In this document: piece after piece, positions 45,534 through 58,396 of the stretch
Position numbering within the stretch: the stretch's first letter is position 1
How the letters are laid out: each line of letters starts with the position of its first letter
Notes under the pieces: model-generated
Seen by the model: the letters and a program-made list of their open reading frames with translations, nothing else
Database searches by the model: none
What the model was told of the DNA's origin: nothing
Program-made: the position numbers and the translations under genes
DNA from: Lepidodermella squamata
Lineage: Eukaryota > Animalia > Gastrotricha
Direction: 5' to 3'
Assembly: GCA_047495785.1 (NCBI GenBank)
Contig: JBLDXI010000023.1
Span: forward strand, 992,001 to 1,056,000
Length of the DNA stretch: 64,000 bases

Positions 45534-46871
45534 TCATTGCATGTAGGACGGAAGTCCAACAACAGGCGCGAAACCCCAGCGAGCATTTCCGACATCGAAC
45601 ACGTTGTAGTAGCGCTGGATGACTGGCTTGCCCAGAACAATTTGGGTCAGAGTGTTAGCATAAATGCCGAAAACACCGCCGTATCCTCCACCAAGAGGGC
45701 AGAAACCACTATGCCAAGACAGCTCGGCGAGGCCCAGGTAAACAGCCGGCGGGACAGTCACACTTCCGCCATTGAAATCGAAGGTGAAGCTAGGAAGAGA
45801 GGCGAGATTGGTCCCGCAAGGCCAGCCCCAGTTCGAAGAGTTGAAGTACGTGGCGGTGTCTTGGCAAGACGGCAGAGTGCACTGTTGAGTGGCTCCGAGA
45901 GCCTTGGCGACAGTCACAGCCATTTCAACTGTTGGGAAGTTGATAGCACCCGTGGTACCAGTATCAGGCAGAACAGAACAGGATCCGTCCTGGCATGCGA
46001 CAGCTTTACCATTTACCTTAAGAAATCCATATGAAAATGGTAGTCTGAAGTTGGAATAGAACCTACCGAGATCTTGTTCAGTGAAACAAACCACTTTGTA
46101 TTTGACAGGCCGTAGGGGGTTACTGGGCTGTAGACCAGCGAACCAGTGAACTGAGAGTTATCAATGGTTCCGATGTTCAAACCTCCCACGGTTGCGTTTG
46201 AGGCAGCTGTGAGATAGATTGTCCAAATAGGGAGGTTTCCTCCAGCAACCGCCGTTGTGATTAGGTTCGGCAGAATGCAAGAAGGGTAGTTCTTCGCGCA
46301 TGGCTGCGTGTAGTTCTGCCAGCCCATTCCGATTACACCACTGTGGCCACTCGGAGGACTGCCACTGGTGAGTGCAGTTGTGATAGCCATGACTGTCGAC
46401 GCGACTTTGAAGTTTCCCAAAGCAACAGCGTCACTGCCGTACGAGCATTGAAGGGAGGCACTTCCATAGGTGAGTTGACCTGCTGGAATCGAGCTGGACA
46501 GATCTTTCCATGTGGAGGATTTTGCATAATCGAATCCTGTAATCCCAGTTGTCAAGGATTGAGCGAACTGTGCGCTAGCGACCTGGAATGACTTTGAGCC
46601 GGAATCGACCATCGTTGGTAAAGTCTGTCCTGGGGTTCCAAAGGTGACCATCACATTGTAGGGCGAGAATTTCTGTTCGCGAAATAGCTTGCTTAAATGA
46701 ATTCAAAGATTTACTACTTACATTCCAGCCAATGCTAGTAACAGGGGCCGTGTATATTACGGCATGTGCTTTCAAAAACAGAAAATAATTTTTTTTTAAT
46801 GAGTTAGATCAACTATACTTACCCTGCTGCATGGCAGCTGCAAGAAGTAAAGCTACGAAAGAGGCTGGCAT
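45534..46871 (-). CDS. Secreted pepsin-family (A1) aspartic protease, 4 exons, 394 aa
   Basis: Exons 46871-46823, 46768-46722, 46672-46067 and 46016-45534. Signal MPASFVALLLAAAMQQAHA; catalytic DSGS and DTGT; flap LTYGS; GVIGMG; IVLG...YYNVFD...RWGFA. Confidence 0.88.
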
Positions 46872-47363
46872 CACGCAGAGAAAATAATTTTCAAAATAAA
46901 AAGAGTTAGAATGATCTTGTATATGGTAAGAAGGCTTCAACTCGGCATTAGGGATTTTTTATTGTTTGCACATAAGGTTCAGCCTTCACTTCCCGCGTTT
47001 TTGTTTGCTTTTGTGCTAAATTTATCTTTGGCAAAATAACGTACCGGCATCCGTAGATGTTTAAGGCAATCTTGATGCTGCATCGTACTAACTGCATGGC
47101 TTATTTAACAAATGTGTTTTATTAAAAAAAAATCAATAAAAATGAAATGACATGTCCCTAGTTTGTTATCGTAGTTAGTAGAAGGATAGTTAGGAATGGC
47201 CGTCCTACTTTTAAATTAGCCATGGTAACAGCAATTAATTAATTAATTAATTAATTAATTAATTCAGACATCCTGCTATTCTGAAATGCACGCGATACGT
47301 TACGTCTATTAGCAATAAGTATCTCAAAATAATGAATGAAGAATGAAGCAAGAGTAAAAAGTA

Positions 47364-47840
47364 TCACGAAGAAATCATTGCAATGAAGTAGAGATTAATT
47401 CCCATAACAACACTGACACTTGTGAGTAGTACTACAAAGTCCAAGGCTCGAATCAGAGAGATTGCACTTATTTTCTTGAACAGCTCAACTTGCAGCGAAT
47501 ACAACTTCGGATTCTGAGTCATAGTTGCTGTCGCAATGACCTCATACATGGCAAGTACAGCAAATCGCAGGCCGATTAGGAGCAGCTGGTTCCATAAATA
47601 AAGACCCGAAGCCAAGAACAAGTAAGATATAGCAAGGGATCATGAAATTCACTATATAATAGCCCGGGTCCTGTTGAACTTCAAAGTAACTCGGGGATAG
47701 GACACAGTTGAAGAGGCGATCGAACTTGATGCAGTAGTACCTCTCGCGCTGGTCAACCCTTGGTAGCACCAAACTCCGTGGTCCAACGGCCCCTTGACCC
47801 TAGCGTAGAGCCCTCCAATTGAGAGAAAGCTAACATGCTG
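47364..47840 (-). pseudogene. Frameshifted 3' fragment of a Cys-loop channel paralogue
   Basis: HVSFLSIGGLYARVKGPLDHGVW, PGYYIVNFMIPCYILL and M4-like IRALDFVVLL match the 49215 channel. Frameshifts; much of M2-M3 is deleted. Confidence 0.8.
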
Positions 47841-47879
47841 TGTAAAGTGTAAAGCCCGTTACATGTTACATTATTTTCG

Positions 47880-48964
47880 AAGTGCTTGAAGGTTGACAGA
47901 ATAGGAGTGACCTCCGCGAACTCAGCTCTGAGCTACGTCGTGGCTCAGCCACCTAGTTTTGCAAGCCCGTTTGAGCTTTCGACCGTTGGTTCCTAAGAGT
48001 CTGCTTTCGGCTTACTTTCCGCGAAGATCTTCCGCAGCCTGAGCAACAGTTTTGCCAGCTTTTCAAGTAGCTGAGCTCTGTTATCGAATCGGCAGTTGCA
48101 AGTGCTTATCTGTGTGGGCAACACGATGAATAAGCCAAGCCACTAGCTGCCGAAGACGTGCTCAAGACCTCCAATGTCACCAGCCATATTATTGGTTTCG
48201 TCAGCACCGAGTCCGTTTAAAACCGTGAGAAACGTTTCGAGCAAGGAGGCGCAGTCAGTCGTTGACGCCATTCGAATGCCAAGAAAAGGAGTGACTGATA
48301 ACAATGACCATAAAATTATTCGCGTGCATTGTAAATAATATACATTGTGTGCATGAAAATTGGGTTAAAGCTTTTTGATGAAAGCCAGTTCATCAATTCG
48401 AAAGAGAGGCTCCGTTCGAAAGAGCTAAATCTGTTTTCTTGAGACATCGCCCATTGTTGTGCGATCAACGGTTGGCGAGTAATGGTTACAAACCCATTTT
48501 TTTAAGGCAGCTGACAACAAAGATTTTCCCACACATGATAAGACGTTCGAAATGTCAGATTTTTTCCATTCAGATGGCATTGCTTTAAAAAGGTAGGTTT
48601 GTAGCCACGTTACTTGCCAACCGTTGATCGCGCGAAAATGTCTCAAAAACACTGGCGAGAGTTTTTTATGCAAGATCCTTTTCTCTCAATCAGAGCGTCT
48701 GAAACGCTTGGACGCGCCTTGAATTAGCTGCAGAACTCAAGAACACTGTGTTTTCACGATGGTTGTGACCGCAGCTGACCCAAAGCCGTCCGAAGCATCG
48801 ACAAAAACGTCATCTTCATCAGTATGAAGCGCTTGGAAGTCACCGGCTAACGCGCTATCACTATGCTTTGGCGTTTTTGGTCTGATATTCCGCTGTCTCT
48901 TTTTTCCTCTAAGCCTAGGATAAGAATCTGACATTCTCAAAAAGTATAAACTTGAATGGCGCAA
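47880..48964 (-). mobile_element. Degenerate hAT-like transposase remnant
   Basis: Fragmented peptides (...TDCASLLETFLTVLNGLGADETNNMAG...) resemble hAT/ZMYM-type transposases. It truncates the channel pseudogene. Confidence 0.4.
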
Positions 48965-49214
48965 ACAACTGTTTTAATGCCCTTAAACTTAAACTATAAG
49001 AAAAAGATGAGAAAAATTATTGTTTAAAACATTATATAATAATTGTGATCAATGAAAACGCAAAAGAAATCATTGTCAGAAGATGAAAAATCTTGTGCTT
49101 CTATAAAAATAAGTTACAAAATGTTTTTAATGGGGTGTAAACACTGAAATTTTGCTAATCGGGCACAAGTTGATCGGAATCACTTCAGACTTGTTCATCC
49201 AATTCTAGCTGTTG

Positions 49215-52200
49215 TTAGATCCCAGCGGATAGAATAAAGTTGAAATTGATGGCCAATATTGCGAATGTAGCCGACAAAAAAGCCAAAATATCGTAAGCCC
49301 GAATCAAAGGCAAAGCTTGAAGAGGTTTCATAAGTTTCACTGGTAACGAATATTTGTCCTCATGACGAGTCATGACGGCGGATGCGACAATTTGATACAT
49401 CGCTACCGCTGCTACTGTAGCTGTAAGGCTAAGCACGTAGTTTGCAAACAGAATCTGCTGATCAGTCTCAGGCACGCTTCGCAAGACATCGGATTGAGCG
49501 ACAACCAGCGACAACATGATTGTGCAACAAATTGCGGGACGATCAGGGACATCTGGAGCCATCAACATTGTACCGAGCGCGAGGCACAGCAGAATAAAAC
49601 AAGGAATCAGGAAGTTGACAATGTAGTAGCCCGGGTTGCGTTCGAATTTCAGCTTGAGTTTAACGTAAGAAGACATTTGAGAAAACAACGGAATGGTGCC
49701 GCGTTCTATAGTGTAGCCCTTGAAATTCCAAACGCCAAAGTCGAGTTTACCAGCTATTTTGACATACATGCCGCCTATCGAAAGAGTATTAATATGTTCC
49801 TCGCTTTGTAACACGAGTTCGCAGGTTTGATGGTCGAATGGAAATGTCGTGAGGTCAATGTCGCAGCTAGTCGCGAAAGTTCCTACGCGAGTCCAATGGA
49901 AAAATAGCGTTCTATTCGGCCGAGTTGGGTAGTAAGCGATATCAATCTTCTCCCCGCATGCTGGATTAGTGATGTCGAAATCTGGCGTTTTGTTAGGGAA
50001 AATCATCGAGGGTCGCCATATATCAGTTCGCCGGGTTGAGACAAGTCGCTCCTTATCCTCGGCCTCCGGGGCCGTGTAGCTCGCGTCGCAAGAAGATACC
50101 ATCCACTGTAGGAGTAGAGAACCCCAAAAGTAGGCTCTTTGTTGATTTTGCTCGATAGATTCGACGTTTTCCAAGGTTAGCTGAATGTAAATCTGAGTTG
50201 CTGCGCCAGGGGCACGCTGCTCTACGTTAAGATGCGGACAGGGAAGTAGGTCATCAATTTTAACCGTCTGGGGGAAATTTCCGAGGAGCAGCTGTGAACC
50301 GGGAAGGTAGTTATTGGGTCGTAATAGGACTCGTTTTGCCCGGGCGTTGATGATGGTGATGTTGGTGATAGTGGCGATCGTGTTTCTGAGGGTGTTGGGA
50401 ATGGCGATGGTGATGATTGTAATTGTGTTCGTGATGTTGAAGGTAACGGTGAGGTTGATGTCGGCGCTGGCGTTGAAGTTACTGTTAATGTTGGTGTTGG
50501 TGTATGTGTTGAAGTCGAAGTCGAAGTTGAAGTCGAAGTTGAAGTTGATGTTGATGATGACGGTGACGGTGATGGTAATGGTAATGTTGTTGTATCGATC
50601 ACTGTCTCGTTAAAAGTGGACAAGACCCAGACAATCCTAGAATAATGCGGGGTTTAGAACAAGTCATTGTTATTGTAATGATGCGTCCAGTATGCGGCTA
50701 TCAGGAGGGGGAGGGGGTGGGGGGGGATCGTCCCTCCCAGCTCGGCTGGTCCAGAAAACAAAATGAGGATTTATCTTCTTTAATTTTGAGAGGTTCTGTA
50801 GCGTCGTCGGTGAAAGATCCCTGAAATCTGCAACGTTGAAGACGACAGTGAATCTGCTGCGCTATATGTCCTTATTTATGTTTTGCTTGTTTGCTTTACG
50901 AGGGGTCGGAGCATGAAGGAAGTTATATAGTATAAACCTACGCTCGTCGGATGGTGACGGTGCCTTTAAGAGCAGCGACCTCAAGCATTACATTCCCCTG
51001 AGGATACGGTAAATTGTCGAAGCACATTGCGGACGGGGTCGATCCGTAACCAGGCAATGCCGTAATAGCCACCTGGAATACAATTGAGAGGCAATGAACG
51101 CAATATGCAAATGGAAAACACACCGAAGCTGTGTAATTGCGCTTTTGCAAAATGAGCCGATACTTTGCATTGCCGCTCGAATTGAACAGCCCCGAGAGAC
51201 CACATGATGGGGGTGTCACGTTGAAGTTGTTGAACGGCACTGGGGTCAAAGTGGTGACCCTAACACTGTTGAATGCAGCGTATAATTCCCCGCTACCGTT
51301 CGCGAGTCGCTGCGAAATCGTCAGGCCTGAATATAAGTTCATGGCGTTGTTTATCGTCCCGTTAGTTGATCCTTTCGAATGAATTCAGCGACATGAAAAG
51401 CGTGGTTTCATACCGGAATATCTTACCTATTTGTGAAAACTGAGATTGTCTCGTGTATCCCATGACAAACCAGTATTCCGAGCCGTTTGTAGGATAACTT
51501 ATATCCATGTCAAATTCGATCCGCCAGGACCACGCCTCATGAGTTGGGCCGAAGTCCTATCATTGGCGTTAATTATATTAGTCGAGAGGCCATTTGACCG
51601 TTAACAAGTAGGATTGGGCTTACAGTGCCCGAAGTAGGATTCTCGAACTGGGGGGTATTTTCGGGCCCCAATTTTATGACCAAAGGGTCTCCCCTGTGGT
51701 ATTTTGGGGGTTTTTCCACTTTGGCCTGCCGAACTCGGGGGTACACGATACCCCTCATTCCCCCTGTACTTCGCGCCCTGTTGGTTTATTTTCTGTATTT
51801 TACCAGTATTTTTGTATTATTAGGGTTGCTAGATTTTCTTAGTCAGTTTATCCAGAGGATGTCAAATTTTCAAAATTCAGCAGATCCCAGGAAGAAGTCC
51901 ATCCACCTCAGACGACGGGATTATCGATTTCGTTTGACGTAATTATCCACTCTGTTTTTGACGTCCTTGGATTCCTCGTTTATTTATCCTGGAAGTGGCA
52001 TCAAAATCTCATGATGCATGATGCCCAAAATCTCGCCAAACTCCACTTTTCCCTTGTTAACAGCCATTTTACTTCAAAATTTGAGCTCGTTTTGAATGTT
52101 CAAATTAGAAGTCCTAATTTTACCAAACAATCTACATAGGATCACACTTTCAAATTTATATATTTATAAACCTGGCGACTGTCTTCCGACAAAATCCCTT

Positions 52201-53666
52201 AGGCCCCAGAATTTCGCACTCGCCCTCCCTCAACTCCAACTCCCACGTATGTTGTTAACACCGTTAACACCGTATGTTGTTATGACGTGTGCTTCATTCT
52301 TTAGTAAACTCACAGCTATAACTGTAGCCCGATTTGACGATGGACTGAGCGAACAGCCACTCAAGTTCACGCAAGCTGAGGCCGCCCATCGAGGAATTCC
52401 AACCGATGTGCTTTGATTGAACCCATCAAAGCTATTCACAAGATGCAATGTAGGTGTACCGGATAGATCTGGCGGAAAGGGCAACGTGGAGGTATCGGGC
52501 TCAGGAGCGTAGGCGGCGCGGGTATTCCAGAAATACCTAAGGAAAATCAACATTAGGAATTAAGAATAGATCCAAATATTAACGAGTTAAATTGTTACAG
52601 TTTCTTGATAAGAATATCGGCGTTGGTTCCCATTCCGATGAAAAATGGGCCTAAGGTAGCTTGGTTCATCATAAAGCCGGGTAAACTGTAGACGCCAGCG
52701 TTGTCGGCCATCGGGATGCAAGTGGACGCATTTCCCGCAAGTGGAACGATCGACAGCTGAGCGAAAGATTATTTTCGCACACATTTTTTGCACATGAGAA
52801 AGCAGCTTACACTATGGACATTAGTCGATTTTAGAGCTTGAAGTACGATTCGGTAGGTCATGTTGCCCGAACTCGTGAGAATCGCATTGCTACCACAGCT
52901 GGGCTGAGACTCGTTAAAGTCTGTCGCATTCATCATTGGCGGGCGAAATGTTTCATTAGCAGCTGCCGTTCTACGAGAATCCGAAAAACTCGCATATATC
53001 TTGCCACCAGGTTCGAGCTTGTGCCAATTTATGTTACCAGCCGCGCTGCTGTTGAAGGAATCGAGAAACAGTGCGCTAGGGCTTGATTTTACTGGGATAA
53101 AAGCAAATGTCGATGTAACATGCAAATTCGAGAAGTTTACCTGGTATATAATCAGTAAGACGTCCGATTCCGAACCCGAACCAAGCATCCGATTGCGCCG
53201 TGTTGTAGCTTACGGACAGCTCGATTTCAATCCTGAATGGCGACACAACTCCATGGGCATCTGTTATCAACTAATTTTGAGTATTAAATTTGTTCCTGTT
53301 TTTCGATTTTATTTTAACTCACACTTGCGCTTGCAGTGCCGAATGTTTTGTTTGGGGAAGTTTGAGAAGAAATTAGCCGGATTCCATTACTCGCGAATTC
53401 AGCTGAGTAGCTAAGCGTTAAGCTTGTATTGCCGTTGATATTGAGGTTTTCGCGGTCGAATGACAAGCCAGGAATATAGCGCGGTCTCCCTGCTAAAGTA
53501 TCTTCAAATGGCACTGATGTTGTGTCTGGCAGCGGGTCATATCCCGATCGAACCACTCCTATGTTGAAAAATCGATAAAATATGTCATTCAAATTTATGA
53601 GTTAGTCAAACCTGGTAATGCGAACAAAATTAGACTCGTTAAAGTAAATTTCGGAATTACGAACAT
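49215..53666 (-). CDS. Multi-domain Cys-loop ligand-gated ion channel: signal peptide, two duplicated beta-rich domains, S/T/P mucin stalk, LBD and M1-M4 (about 1004 aa if the 1-nt frameshift near 50270 is corrected)
   Basis: Exons 53666-53612, 53558-53323, 53270-53141, 53091-52811, 52756-52599, 52536-52314, 51556-51427, 51371-51124, 51072-50942 and 50636-49215, all GT-AG and phase-compatible. Cys-loop CDIDLTTFPFDHQTC, loop A IWRP, RNPGYY-M1 and four TM helices. Confidence 0.72.
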
Positions 53667-55679
53667 TGGTCGTCTTCTTTTCGAGTTCAAAATTGTGTCG
53701 ATTTGGTCAAATCGACCAGGCTTCCAACCAGGCAGACAAAATAAAATATGTCCTATTATAACCGTTGAAAAATGAGTAATCGGCCTACATTTTTAAGACA
53801 TGGCGCAGACGATCAGGTTTAGGCATTTTTGAGTTAAAACTTCGCTATTTTCGTACTTATTAATAAAAAAGTGTGCTCGCTTCGCTTGAATTCCACATTT
53901 TTCTTTCCTTTTCTATCCTCTAGAGCCAACATTCTCAAGCAGAACTTGGTTCATCAACGCCACTTCGGTGGCGATGTTTGAGCAGCGACGCATCAGCAAC
54001 TTCCACAATAGAAGTTCTGTTCTAATTAGGAACTCAATTAAAAAGCAGACGTCAATTCATCGGAAGTCTTGAAAGTTATGACATCACCTCAGTGTTGACT
54101 TACTAGTTAAGCAGACTTTTCATATCATACGTTAAAGTGAGAATGATCATCTAATTTCTATAATTTTGAACTCCACCTCCTGATACATCTCCTGGCTGAT
54201 TTGCAGCCAGTTTCCGGATAGGATCAACTGAGTTGTCTCCCAGCACAAAGCCCAAGAAATCAAGATATCACCCCAGCACCCCAGTACCTCCGCAGTACAA
54301 AAATGAATAAGGAAATGTGAATTTATTTTCATTTTTCAGCGGATAATCTACGGGAATAAAGAAGCGCACTCATTGTAAAGAAGTATTTCGAACCTATGCA
54401 AATGCAATATTTACACATTTCGAACTTCGAACCATATAAGGTCAATAGGGAGCTCTAAATGAGCGATACATGCCATTGACAAGAGGCGGTGGGAATTCCG
54501 TGGAAAAAAGACCAAATCTAGCTGAAGTGTAAAAACCGGTCTGTTGAAACCGTGTTGAAACCGTGTAAAAACCGTTTAAACCGTGAACCACACTGCTGAC
54601 TGCTGATTTCAGCAATGTAGAAAAGCTTCTTCTGTTGAAGTGGCAGTTGCTGTAGTGTCGCCTGCTCAAATAACACCGATGTAGGGACGTCGTTGAATCA
54701 AGGTGTTCAGAACCGCCTTAAAACCCATCGTCCCATGTGTCAATGGCATGAAGTCAACGCAGGCGACTGCCGGGACGCTCTAACAGGCCTGGGGCAGCCT
54801 CGTCAATGCGTTCAAACTATGAATCTCAAATTTTCATTTCTTTATCAGTGCTTAATTTAAAAACAGCACGTGTCGTTTCATTAACATTTTCCTTTCGAAA
54901 ATGATGAAAAAATATGATAAAGAAATGGCGTTTAAAAATAAAATGAAAATATGAAAAATATAAAATGATAAAATGAATAAATCAAATAGAGCCAAAAATC
55001 TGTGTTTTGTTCTAATTTTAAAATAAAAAATGGCTTGTAATAAAGAAGCACAGCCCAAATCAACGCAGACAAGGCACTATGCAGCCTTGTGTATGTGTTG
55101 CGTTAAAGCTTCAAAACCGAGGCAAGTGATTTCTAATTGCACTTTGCAATGAATTAATAATTAAGCCGTGGGCGAGCCTATTTTGTTTACATCGGGTACT
55201 TTTGCCGCTTGCCAGGAATTGATAGATTCCTTTTCAGCACAGCATTCAAGCAGTGATGAATAGATGCAGGCACAAGCAGATTCCGATAAACTTTTACTGA
55301 TATTAAATTCAAAATTCAACATCCAATGGCGATGATGAAAATCGTTGATGTCGGGGCTCTAAGCCACAATTGTTCAAAGCATGCTCAACTAAGCTGTGTG
55401 ATGTGTGCTTGGAAAATCCATAGCTGATTACTATAGATTCGCGAAATTCAAGAAATCTATCATTGAAAAATTGCGACAGACAACTACAATCAAGTTCCAA
55501 AATAAGTCGATAATTCGAGGAAACCACAAATCACCTATAACACGAGTCGCCTCACATTTCTCAGGAAGGAAACTCTAACGTGCGCTTGCAGCTAGCAAAC
55601 TCGAAAACCTCAATGAAAGAAAATTGTATAGTTCAAGTTTTCAAGTTCATTTTGACTAGGATCGAATATATAGAATATA

Positions 55680-58058
55680 ATGAGCACGAATAGCTTATCT
55701 GCCCTTCTATCACTGTTGATTCTGCAATCTGCGTTCGGACAAAATAGAACGCGAATGAAATTCCTCTTGCTGTCACCAGTTATTGGCATGGACCCGAAAA
55801 ACATTCAAACAGCCGCCATAACCATGCGATACGTCATCGATCGCGTCAACCAGCGGCAAGACATTCTGCGCGATTATCTGATCGAACTTGACCATCGTGA
55901 CGACTTCTTCTCCTTACAATCCGCTCAGCGCTTAATTGAATTCCGCCGAAACTGGACAGAAAGTTCGAGTTTCATTCAATCACCGATAATTGCTGGGCCT
56001 TTGATTTCAAACGGCTGTAAGGCTATGGGGAAATTGCTACCTTATGTCAATTCTATCGCAATAAGCACTCAATGTACGGCGCCATTCCTGAGTAACCACA
56101 GCGAATATCCGAATTTGTTCCTATCGCTAACAACCTCGAAAACTAACGCCTTAGCTATGCTGTTCTATATGAGAAATGAGGGTAAATGGAACCGGTTTGC
56201 ACTAGTAACAACATTATCAATAGCAAATGACGTCGCATTGGCTTATTTCATGCATGACCGAGCTGTTGCTGGTGGATTTGAAGTTCCCTACTTCAACATG
56301 TTCACCGAACCCGGCCCTGAGGCTGTTCAACCCCTGAAAGCCTCTGGACTGAGAATTATCGTGGTTACTGTGGGTGCAGCGCCTACTTTCAATCGATTTC
56401 TATGCGAGGCGTTCAAAGCAGGTCTGACTGGGCCTAGATATGTTTTCATAGGTCTATCAACCGCTTTTTCCTTGAGTATCCCTAATGGATGTAGTCGGGA
56501 TGAGTTCCTCAACCAATTGAGGCAAACACTCTTCTTCGGATATGCTACAAAGCCTGAGGATCCACATCGAATCTCGAGCCTGGGAAACTCCAGGCTTGAA
56601 TTTGATGCTATGATGAGCCGATTGACTAATCTAACTTCAGAAGACTATTTTCTGGCTTTAGTTCTTCATGACACCTTAGTCACCTCAATGTTGGCGCTGA
56701 ACAGAACTGACTGGAAGCTGAAAGCTGATTTTAATATGTCTCTGAGGGATTATCATCGATTCCCTGATATCGTGACCAAAGTTGCGTATAATGCGATTTT
56801 AGAGACTAAATCAGTCGGAATACGAGTTGGAATGACTTCATACAGCAAAGCTGGTCAATTGCTAGGCGATATTCAGGTAGCATCACAGTGGTCCCTTCAA
56901 AACGGCCTGACAGATCTAGCTTGGGTGACCGATTATTCTAACGCATCTTCAAGTGAATCAAATATGTCTTCGTTCAGTTTGAAAATTACTGGTAAAACAG
57001 CTTGGATTTCTGATTCCGTCCCAAGAGACAGGCCTATCTTGATTCGAGAAACAATGACTGTTAAATCGTCATCCTCGGTTATAGCTTGGATTTTGATAAC
57101 TTGTACGTCTTTGGTTCAGCTCATGACCATTGTCGCGATTATTGTTGGCAAGCCTATGATAGTCGAATTTCAAGCGACGAAACTTTTCGGCTTATCCGGA
57201 TGTCTATTTTTGAACGCAGCATCCTCAGCTTTTACTATGGACCGGATTTCAGGTGGAATCAGCCCTAGCTGTCGTGAATCTTTTCCTTCTCGGATGTGGC
57301 GTTGTAGCCACTTTCACGCCAGTTTCACTCCGCCTTTTAGTGATTAATCGATTCGTTCAACAATCAGTTCAGAAAGGCTTCAGAAAGTCCGACGCGAGAT
57401 TCAGCTCTACTGCTGCTACTAGAATTTCAAATGTGAAATCAGACGCTAATGGTACCAAAACAAAGCTATTGATAGCTTTTCCGTCGAACATCTGGCGAGT
57501 TTTTGATACTCAAATTGTTGCGTGATTCTTCTCATCAGCCTATCGATTTTAGTGGCATGGGTGATCATCATTCAAGATATGACATGCACAGAAACCTTAC
57601 TAATCGAGCATTCTTACAATGAAAAGATTGACACAGTTAAGGAAGCCTGGGCGGTTACATGTGGAATGAGTAACAGGTCATCAGTTATCAGCTGGTCACT
57701 TTTTGGATCCATATTCTGCGTTCAATTTCTGCTAATATTGGCTAGTTTGTTGGCAGCTTTCCAACTCAGGCAAATGAGAGGTTTCTCAAATGAGTGCCAC
57801 GAATTTCTGCCAACTTGCCTGGGAGCTATCGCTAGTGCAGCTCTACTTCCTGCAGGCTTCTTGATCGCGGTTGTGCTAAATAGCGATCCAATGAACCAGC
57901 AAATAGCTTTGGCTTATGTCACCGTTATTATTTCAGCGATAATTTCTATTCCGTGGATTTATCCGAACTTCTTGAAAAAAGGTGGCCAATCGATAGCAAG
58001 TAGCATCAGTTCTTCGAATTTGATGCATAATCCTGCGAGAGCGTCCGGGTTGGTTTGA
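55680..58058 (+). CDS. Intronless class C (GABA-B-like) GPCR with two frameshifts (near 57270 and 57521); pseudogene or sequence errors
   Basis: Signal peptide and Venus-flytrap domain (VNQRQDILRDYLIEL, YPNLF, WNRFALV, LCEAFKAGLTGPRYVFI), no Cys-rich domain. Seven hydrophobic helices are spread over ORFs 55680-57347, 57253-57525 and 57522-58058. Confidence 0.8.
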
Positions 58059-58396
58059 ATCCTTATGAAAAGAACGATATGAATTGATATTTTCCCCTTT
58101 TATCTTTATCTTTCGCAAGTGTCATGAAATTCGAAAGGGTAGAGACGCCTACTGCATGGGAGGAACATAAAACAGTTACTATTTCCACATATTTCCACAA
58201 GGAGGTGGTGGATTGTCCGAATCGACAATCTGAGATGTATCGTAAATTTTGAAGTTGCATAATAGAATTAAAGATTCTGAAATTATAGATGCCTGGTATG
58301 AATATGTGTGGCATGATCGCTAAATTGGCTTTAGACCACTCACAGAACAAAAGTCTCGTCCATAGAGAAATGAAAAACCAGTAGTTCATTGAAGAA

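Noticed and set aside
50314-50613. Hydrophobic plus-strand ORF
   Set aside because: Antisense reading of the S/T/P stalk.
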